Shown: positions 55,370 to 64,000 of the stretch, piece by piece
How the letters are laid out: each line of letters opens with the position of its first letter
Numbering within the stretch: the stretch's first letter is position 1
Assembly: GCA_030141605.1 (NCBI GenBank)
Contig: JAQGDQ010000483.1
Coordinates: 1 to 64,000, forward strand
DNA: 64,000 nt
Reading direction: 5' to 3'
From: Tubiluchus corallicola
Lineage: Eukaryota > Animalia > Priapulida
Notes under the pieces: generated by a model
The model's input: only the letters and a program-made list of their open reading frames with translations
What the model was told of the DNA's origin: nothing
The model's database searches: none
Program-made: the position numbers and the translations under genes

Positions 55370-56065
55370 TGAGCTGCTGTCTACGTGGAAGATTTTAGGA
55401 GCGAAAGCAGGAGGTGGCTTAAATACAGCGCTATAGAAGGAGCAGAAATAGGAGCTGAAATGTCTGGTACATGGAGAGGAAGTGACCTGGCGTTGGGTTC
55501 AGGGGCGTATACCACAGGCATGCAGAAGCTGACTTTTGTGTACATGTAGAGTGAGGAGATGCAGAAACTTACTTAGGGGTGCATTCAGACTTGTAGAATC
55601 AACAGAAGCTGGAGTTGATTTGACTTGGAAGTTTCTGCCCAGGTGTAAGGAGCAAGCGCAGGAGCTTACCTTGGAGGACATGTAGGACTGTAGAAAAGGC
55701 AAAAGCAAGGGCTGACTTAGGGGTTTATGCAGAGTTATAGAAAATACAGAAGCAGGAGCTGAACTGGGTGTATACACAGAGCAGTAGAAAAGGGGAGGAG
55801 TTCAGTGTGGGGGGAAAATACATGCAGAGTTGTAGAAAAGGGAGGAACTTCAATGGAAGACATACATGCAGAGCTGTCGAAAAAGGAGAACCAGTAGGGG
55901 GAGGAGAATAGACATGTAGAGATGTGGATTGAGCAGAAGCATCTACGGAGCTTCTCAGTTGAATCTGTATGCGGAGATAAAAGAGGAAAAAGAGAAACAA
56001 TGGATGAACATTATCGTCATGTGCAGTCACAAAGGCAGAAGCTAAACTAGTGGTGCTTGCAGAGC
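55370..56065. repeat. Diverged purine-rich tandem repeat, unit ~48 bp
   Basis: Recurrent (ta)catgcagag(c/t)tgtagaa...agcagaagcaggagctga motif at roughly 45-51 bp spacing. Confidence 0.65.
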
Positions 56066-59000
56066 TAATACGATAAAACAGCCACTTCTTTGCAAATTTC
56101 CTGAGTCTAAAGACCTAAATTCCTACATTTACTTATATATTGCTCGTATAAGCTATACCTTTATTGTCAAATTGCTCACATTAAGTAAGTTCCTACAAGA
56201 CTTCCCACTCACTACGTAATACAATGGTGTCCTTTATTCGCTGCAACGCTCCCCCAGCTGTAGCAAAGACTTTTTCACAAAAATTGAAAGTTATCTGCCA
56301 ATTAAGCGATTTACGGAAGTATAGTCGTATAGGAGTAGATCCGTAAACATTTGAAAGTGGTGGCAATAACGTTCTCCTTTGTTTGACGCCATACTTGCGA
56401 AATTCATCAATAAGGTCGGGTGTCAACTGGATATTTTCTTCAGTTTTTTCACTTTTCTATGGTAGTTGCTTAACTGGTATTACCTTAACTAAATGAGCAT
56501 AAATTTCCCAATAACCAGTAAATTGCAGAATACAGCACGTTGTATAATTTCTGGCACTTCTTTAAAGGCCAGAAAAAAACCCGACAGGCATTGAAGTTTT
56601 TTTTTAACGCATTATTATGATCACACAAAAATTCTTACTTATTATTAAACAAAATTTATAAATTAAATAACTTACCTTTTTCTGGTAAATTTCGAACGCG
56701 CGCGATTGCCTTCGCGTCTTTGGCGCGAATGAGCCAGACTGACGTACGTAGTGCAGAAAGCGTCTTGGTTACCGATGTTTGTTTACCAATCTTTGGTGAC
56801 CTCGTGATTGTAGTAGTAATCTTTGTACTTATTACGTCATTCGTCTGGCGCAACGAAAAAATGGTGGTTCTTCAAATTTAGTATCGCTAACAGTGAAGTG
56901 ATAAAAAATAAAAAAGCAAGTTTTACAGTAAATTAATAATAAAATAAATTGAATATTCGTAATGAGAGTAGGCGTTTAAGTTGTAAAAGCTCATACTATA
57001 GTCAGGGATTAGTTTGGTTGTACTTAAAGCTGACTTATTGTAAAATTACACGGACAAACTCATTTGTGTGAAACAAAAACTATTAATATTTTTTATTCTT
57101 ATTTGTACTTTGTTTTCTTTTTCATGTGCTGCTGCGCCGACGTTCAAATTCATTACCATATTAGGTAAGTTTACCTTTTAGTGTTTTTCCTATGCCTGTC
57201 TACATGTCGTTGATCTTTGATCTAACTCAGTGGAAATTCAAGTTGCTGCAGCCACTTTTGCTACAAGAAACCTATTTAGAATTTTAGATTTAAAGATTGG
57301 CGTCATCTACCGTGTCATTTGTATCCGATTTAATTAACTCACCGGGCGTCAAACTTTTCGGACGCCCTAATTCACGTTTGCGTGTCTCAGTGGGAATAAA
57401 CAACTCAGTCCGTTATTATTTTGCCCATTTATTACAGGCCTACCATTACAAGGGAACTTCTGTTTCTCTGTTTATCTATTGGCTTGATGAGGTGGGACAC
57501 TTTAATAGGGCTAATCTAGTTAAAAACAAAGATTTTATGCTTAATGTTGTTATGAATGATTTTTGCATGAGTGTGGTCTGTAATGGAGCTTATGGGTGTG
57601 CCGAGCAGTATAAATATAATAGTGTCAGTGTTCAGGTAATGTATGACAGACTATAGATATAGTAAATAACAAATTAAGTCTATGGGCAAAGCAGCGTTTA
57701 GCCTAGTTTATCATCCTGTTACTTTATTTGCTGTTTAATCCACCGGTGGTTAGTCCAAAACAAAGAGAATGCTTGTTCTTCACCAACTTCTTATTATCTT
57801 CTTAACAGGCACCATTTTCTTTTGCAAAGATCACGCAAGAACGCACTGTTGTCTGTTCTTTCGTTAGCAATAAAAATATTTGACTTGAATGCCAGAAGAT
57901 GAAGAAGAAGAAGAAGAATGTTTTTGTTGGTTTTTTATCCGAATATTCCTTCTTTGACTTTTCCATTTGTAAAACTTGGCAACGTGCCAGGACAAAACGT
58001 TCTGTTTCATACATGGATGTTTCGAAATCTTGCGTTCAGTTTAGGTGAAAAGTGCTTGTTATATTTGCTCAGTTCATACTAATTCAGTGCAGTTCTACAT
58101 TAAGGAGACGTAGTTCTTCCCGGGTAGGCACATCGTGTAGTGACATACCGTTACGTAACTTGCCTGATACGTTTTTTGCTTTTTTCTCTTCAAACGAGAC
58201 AAAAAGTTACACAATCAATCAACAAGAAAAAAATAAAATATTCAAAAGGACGTCAGCTTGTCTGCAATTCCAACAATTTAGCAATTTTTTTAACATTCGT
58301 TACATAAGCCATCCGACACTCAAAATTATGGAAAATACTTTGTGTTCAAGAGTTAATTTTCAAGTATTTGAATTTCGTCGTCTCCATATCACTAGGAAAA
58401 TTCACTGAACTACGAAGAGTAATTACTACACAGGATTTAAAAAATCTACTAATGGAAACCAAGAAACCAAAACCAAGAAAGATAACCTTGGAGTGTCTAA
58501 AGTTCCTGTTAAAAGACAAATTCTTATACAAGTAGCATGTAGAAGTCATGCAAATATTAACATCCTTAAGTGACCAAGGAAACATGTTTCAGTTCCTAGC
58601 CGTTGGCATTGTGCTTTTTTATTTATCAATGAAATCACAGTAATAAATTGACACAATTCTACGCAGAAGAGCAAATAAATGAAGCTCAAATCCAACTCCC
58701 GAAATTTCTTATGCCTAAGTCTCTCTTTCCGGGCGTAAGTTAAACAGTTAACTAGTGTCTAAATAAGGGACAAACGTTGGAAATAGACGAACCCTCCTCG
58801 GGTAAATACACAAATGGGCGTCGCGATGTGGTCACCTTTGTAGGCGGACTGTCGGGCCAACATGGCGGAACATTTTCCCAAAGTAATTGCCGGTTTACTG
58901 AGTCAACAAACAATTTCAAACGGTTAGCTGTGATTATAAGCTTTTTAAGCAGCTCTGCGTTTACTGAGTTAAGAACATATATAAATATTCCGATTTCAAA

Positions 59001-59901
59001 AACGTGTGTGGATCACGTTGGACCTTCGCCTTGCCGTTGGATTGCTGAAAGTAGTCGTTGATTCAACACAAGACTGAGAATTTGACTAATGGCCAAGGAA
59101 GAACGTTTCATTTGGCAATGATTATATCTGTACTGCCTTTTGGTATCTAGATACTATCGCCACATTTGCAAACCAACGTCTAACTTAAGAAAAGTTATTT
59201 AACACCTACGAAGGATGACGGTGCTGTAATTGGACTTATTTAAATATTGTTTATTATATAGAAGCAGTCAAGACTTACGTGTTTTCCGCAAGATCGTGTA
59301 GGAGTACCAAATCTCCTGATTGGCCTACTAAATCGAAGATTAAACTTTTTAGCTTTTTTAGTATTTCAACTTAATTTCTCAGAGGGATTATTTTCATATA
59401 ATGTTCGATTCAGTTCAAAAAGAAACTTTGCATGAGGGCTTTGCCAATGAAAAAACAGTTCCCTTGACTGTTTGTAGCCGTTCGTAGCTTTTACTTTTGT
59501 TTTTACTCGTCAGTCAAATCAAGTGCTTCTCTTCCGGTGTCAACAAGACATTATCCAGTTTTAAATTTCTCAGCTTTTCAACGTCCATATTTGCATTTTT
59601 CTCTCGGCTCCTCCCAGGCAATAACGAAACCTCATTATCGCCTGCAGGATGATGCTTCATTCAAATATTTGCATAAACGAGTAAAATGGTTTAATGTCTG
59701 CAAAGCCTGCGCCGTAATTCTCTAATTCAGTAATGATCTTATCGTTAAACTGGAGAGAGAATTGACGGTAAAATTTTCAGTTTGTGGTTTCACTTGTAAG
59801 ACTGGCACTAGCGTGAACATATCCAGTCTGTAAATGAAGGAGGTGTCTTTTGCTATTTCTTTTTTGAAAGTTTAACGACTGTTGTGACATTTTTGTATGT
59901 C

Positions 59902-60372
59902 TTAAAGGAGATGAAAAGGCAGTTTTAAAGTATGTCCCTAAAAACTTTTCATACATAGTTAACACATATGTAGTAATTATATATTTGCATTATTCTTACC
60001 TGTTAAAAAATTTATGTAACTACAAAAGAAAATTCTTAGTGATTAAAAGTGTTGGCGCCAATAGATACGGTGACACACCTTCCCAGTGTGCCCTACTGAT
60101 TCACCAAAAATCGCATTATTAATCCTACTGACAATATGTTTATTCCCGGAATATATCTCCACATGCCGAATATCTTTTCAAAGTTTACCCAGTATTCTCT
60201 AAATGTTGCTTCAATCCACTTACCGTTAAAATACGAGTTGAAATATACAACTTTTCTACAGCGTTACTGTTAATGTAAGCTCTGTGCGCAAAAAGGCAGT
60301 ATTTAGGTGGTACAAAATTTCAAGACGAAATTTTCTAGTTTCACCTAAGCAAAGGTTTTTCTTGTCCTTTAA
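59902..60372 (+). mobile_element. Kolobok/T2-like MITE, family A (short form)
   Basis: TTAA|AGGAGATG ... TTTCTTGTCCT|TTAA. The right end is the reverse complement of the left end of 5361 (TTAAAGGACAAG). Confidence 0.75.
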
Positions 60373-60619
60373 AAAGCAAGAATCGGCGTGGAACTGTCAT
60401 TATTTTTCTTTCTTACCTATTTCTTTTGTTTACAATTGTTGTGCGTTGCAAATAGGATTACCAGTATTTTGCTAAGAACAGAGTCTCTTGTATAACTTCA
60501 CTGACGCAAAGCCTCTCGTAATGTCCATTAAGATTTAGAATGGACATTACGTCGGATTGGCCTTAACGCATCTTCTCAAAACAACACAGGGCCTTTGTCT
60601 TTTTTATAATTTACCTGTG

Positions 60620-61015
60620 CTAATGTAATTTACCTGTGTCTCATATCAATGAGTCATTCAATATACTGTCAATATGAGGGCGGAATGAACACTCGTTTGT
60701 AACAACGTATTCATAAGCTTTACCTACTCAACATGATTGTCACGTCTGCCATTTTGTAAGTTACTGAATCAAAGAATGCAGTTGTCACCATTAGCAGCAC
60801 TTTACTGCACTTAGCTTTGCATAAATCAACCATTACGTGTCGTTCGGCCAATGTCTGCATAGAACTTTCGTGCTTCTTCGTCAGCCGTTATGAACTGAAT
60901 AGACATGATCTAGCTTTATTCCCGAAAAAGTTTAGATCTCCTCCGAGCTTTTACATGGCTTAAAAATTTCTTAAATAATGTCTTGTCCAAACGTGTATGT
61001 GATTATGGCATAAGT
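60620..61015 (-). pseudogene. Decayed TIR-domain (MyD88-like) exon
   Basis: The - strand reads YAIITYT/LDKTLFKKFLSHV (TIR box1-like), then MVDLCKAKCSKVLLMVTTAFFDS (60765-60833) and IRCYKRVFIPPSY. These align by eye with MyD88 TIR ([21 protein letters not shown]...IKYK...P). Stops and frameshifts are present; the segment ends at CAG|GTAAAT. Confidence 0.4.
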
Positions 61016-61079
61016 GATAATCCTTTGTGATCAAGAAAAATTTCTTATTACTGTTTCTTAAAAGTATCTTACAGTTTTT

Positions 61080-64000
61080 AAATGTAAAATTTTGTGTACT
61101 ACTTTTTTATTTTGCCACCATCAATGAAGATGATGTTGATGACGATGGACAAGGAAGTTATGCAAGATCATCATATGGATCCATATTATCCTTATCTTCC
61201 TTAAGGGCATCATGGTGGACCTTTGAGGAACTCCGTAAACCATTTTGATTTGCTTGTATTTCTGACATTGACTCCAAAGACCATGATACTTCTCGACTCG
61301 GGCAGCTGCATTCAAATGTCGTAATTATTGTCAGATGTCATGTGATTCGCCATGCCCAGGGGGCGCTGGTTCTTCTCTTGTATTTGCGCGTGTACGTCCA
61401 TGTTGGCTGATTTGAAACAGTTTATATTGCAGTTTATAACACAAGTGATATTTAGTTGGCAGGTGGCAGTCTATGAGATAATGAGATGAGCACGCGCGTC
61501 CGCTTTAACGGGTTTGCGAACTTGGCTTTGTTCGGATAAAATGACACCTAATTATACAGTTTGCCAATTACATTATAGTCGAAATGCTTCTTTATATTGA
61601 GCCTCATTTACCACCTGCATATCAGGAAATAGAATATGGCTGTTTTCATACATGACGTGATTACCCAAAAAGAAAACGGAACGAAAATGTTATTAATTTT
61701 GTTTAAAAAATGTCCACCTACTCTTTGGTCATCCAGTTCAATCATTAATTGTGGATTTATCGTATACTGATGACAAACAATAAGGGTACCAAATTGGATC
61801 CTTGAGGAACGAAACGAAATTTATCAATTGCCCATGATCTAGGAAGTAACACGTCAGTGTTGCTGACTTTCTCTTTCGTGATTTTCAAATGTAATTTCGA
61901 CTTACAGATATAGACATTTTATTTTTCAAATGCTCATAAAAGTTTCTGCTTTGTTTTGTTTTGGCATTCATATTATTAATTTGAACGTATTGGTGACGAC
62001 ACAACTGAAATCAGCACTACTTTTTTGTTCCTGATGATCACTCTAGCAGATGTCTCTTTTCAAACTCGTCTGCTTTGAGCTCGCAGAAGAAATTTCCCAT
62101 GCTCTTGTCCAAATTTTTCCTGAATCTTGCCAACATAATCCCACGAAAAGATAAGCTTCTTTGCTCTTATCAAACGTCTTCGAGGTCTCGGCGATAAAAC
62201 ACCACGTGATAACACATTTCCCACGCGCGACATCTTGCGGCTGAATCATTTATGACGTGCCACATTGTGCCTGTGCATATCTTAGTATATCCATATTGAA
62301 ATGTGGGTAGACAAGCTTATTGAGTTGTTTTGTTGTGGGAGGGAGAGCTGGACCTGTCATTCTTGGTTAGAGTTCCCTCTTGTTAGATACTTTGCAGGTT
62401 AAATGATGGATGAGGATGGAGTCATGGACGGATGCTGATGCACAATGCCTGCTCACCTGTCGCCTTTAGTGGATTCGAGACTGAGGCAATGAATCGATTG
62501 CTGGTTTTCTAGTTGTTTCACACAAACAGGTTGCCAAAATAACGCAATAACTTGCAAAATTCACTTCAGGAAGGCTTTTAGTCTGGAAAACTTGCTTCAC
62601 TTTTGAATATCTCCCAGATCAATTTACTAGATGCATGAAATATAGGGGAAGGAGAAGCTGAGTTGTCACAGCGTGTGCTTAAGTTAGGTAATGTTCAGCT
62701 TACTTGGTTAAACGGATGCGTGAACACGAAGAAGATTTCTTCTGGGCTTTCCTTGTTAGGGGAGATGAGTATCAGAACGTGCCCAAAACATCATTGTTTC
62801 ATCATAAGAATTAGCCTTAATAATGAGATTGATTCCGATCTTGCCACAAGAGTCAGTATAATAACTGATCACAGCTGTTGAGTGCTTAACGTTGTGGATA
62901 CTAACTTGTACCGAATTGTATAACAAAATATTGTTAAGAGTATTTTGCCCAATCACTCCATCACGATAGATTCTCACAGGTATTAACTTTCACATGGCAA
63001 CCATATTTTCAAAGTTTTATGAAAGTCTGTTGTTGATATGCTTGAAGATAGGAGTCTTTTGATTCCACCCTGTTAATCTAGCCATTCACGCAAGCTTGCC
63101 CTACTTGCAAGTTTTCCAGTTTGTAGCCACTGATTCGTGAAAACTAGGAAGCCCTTTAATATAGCTCTAGTAATTATGATAGTAACAGCTTTTAGCAACG
63201 CACGACATGACTCATTCATTCATGTTAATTCAGCTTGGGGGTCTGACTGCTAATCAATTACACTAACTAGAAATGCATGCTTGTTAAGCAAGTATAGCTT
63301 GAAGCTTGGTATTATTGAAAAATGTAGTCCTACGTTGTTCCATTGGGTAAAGTCGACGAATACGCTTTGGCATTTCAGTGGCTGAACAGAGATTTTCGCT
63401 AACAGTTAATTACGCCTTCATTACACCTGTTCATTACACCATTAACTTTTCATATGATACGAGCGCCAGATATATTTCTACTAGACTTAATATTATTTAT
63501 TTTGATGTGATTCACAGAAAATGTGCATACAGTTTACACGTCAGGCTGAATAAGAGCGAAAATTTTATATGCAAGAACATTTTAAACAGTGATGTAAACT
63601 TTTCTTCTGTAATTAGACGTCATTGGCGTAGTTTGTTATATCGTTAATTGTTATTTGTGTTATTGTTGTGTGTCATGAGTTATTGTATTATTTGTATTAA
63701 TTTGTGATGTGTATATGAACTTTGTACAGTTTGAAATAAAATATTAAATCAAATCAAATCAAATCATGTTACCAAAAATTGTACACAGTAATGCATAATC
63801 TCAAAAAGTAATTGAATGACCTCAATTATCTCCAGAGCCGTTTAAAACTCTGCTTGAATGTTGTTCACTCAGTGGCGAAATTTATTAAGATCCTTGATTC
63901 CTGTAATGGCTGCTCATAATGCGACGTATAATTTACATGGATATTGATTAATTGCCGCCATAATCAAGTATGAATTACAAGCTTAACATTGACTAATTGA
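61080..64000 (-). pseudogene. Coding-like relic upstream of the TIR exon: possible Roc/COR and Death-domain remnants
   Basis: Fragments in order on the - strand: VKLVI/LDYGG (~63954-63990), FRH*VNNIQA, AFLVSV, LPSFHESVATNW, IYRDGVIGQNTLNNIL (ORF 62756-62977), CNWQTV*LG...ANMDVHAQIQE (~61376-61572), then a Ser/Asp-rich linker. Heavily degenerate and interrupted by a LINE at 63442-63765. Confidence 0.25.
63442..63765 (+). mobile_element. Shorter 5'-truncated copy of the 43267-44130 LINE with an (AAATC)4 tail
   Basis: Near-identical to 43785-44113 (ttaacttttcatatgatacgagcgc...gtttgaaataaaatattaaat). Confidence 0.92.

Overview
AT-rich, repeat-rich animal (most likely invertebrate) genomic DNA, not prokaryotic. 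I see no operons, rRNA, CRISPR array or long intact ORF, and nearly all long ORFs in the track are microsatellite artefacts. The backbone is three spliced + strand exons (20028-20152, 21038-21281, 34784-34858) that join in frame. Their product resembles the N-terminus of the raskol/DAB2IP/SynGAP/RASAL2 RasGAP family; the first exon and the PH-C2-GAP core were not found in the window. The introns hold about 11 TTAA-bounded Kolobok/T2-like MITEs (3 families), two hAT MITEs with 8-bp TSDs, a TA-flanked MITE, several 5'-truncated non-LTR retrotransposon ends and long microsatellites, including a perfect (TC)314. The most unexpected signals are two decayed, intron-containing antisense gene relics in the last, long intron: a CPED1-like gene (~49.8-53.9 kb) and a possible Roc/COR-Death-TIR gene (~60.6-64 kb). 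All protein-family calls are by-eye motif matches to sequences recalled from memory and need HMM/BLAST confirmation. I found no convincing evidence of a wholly new biological system.
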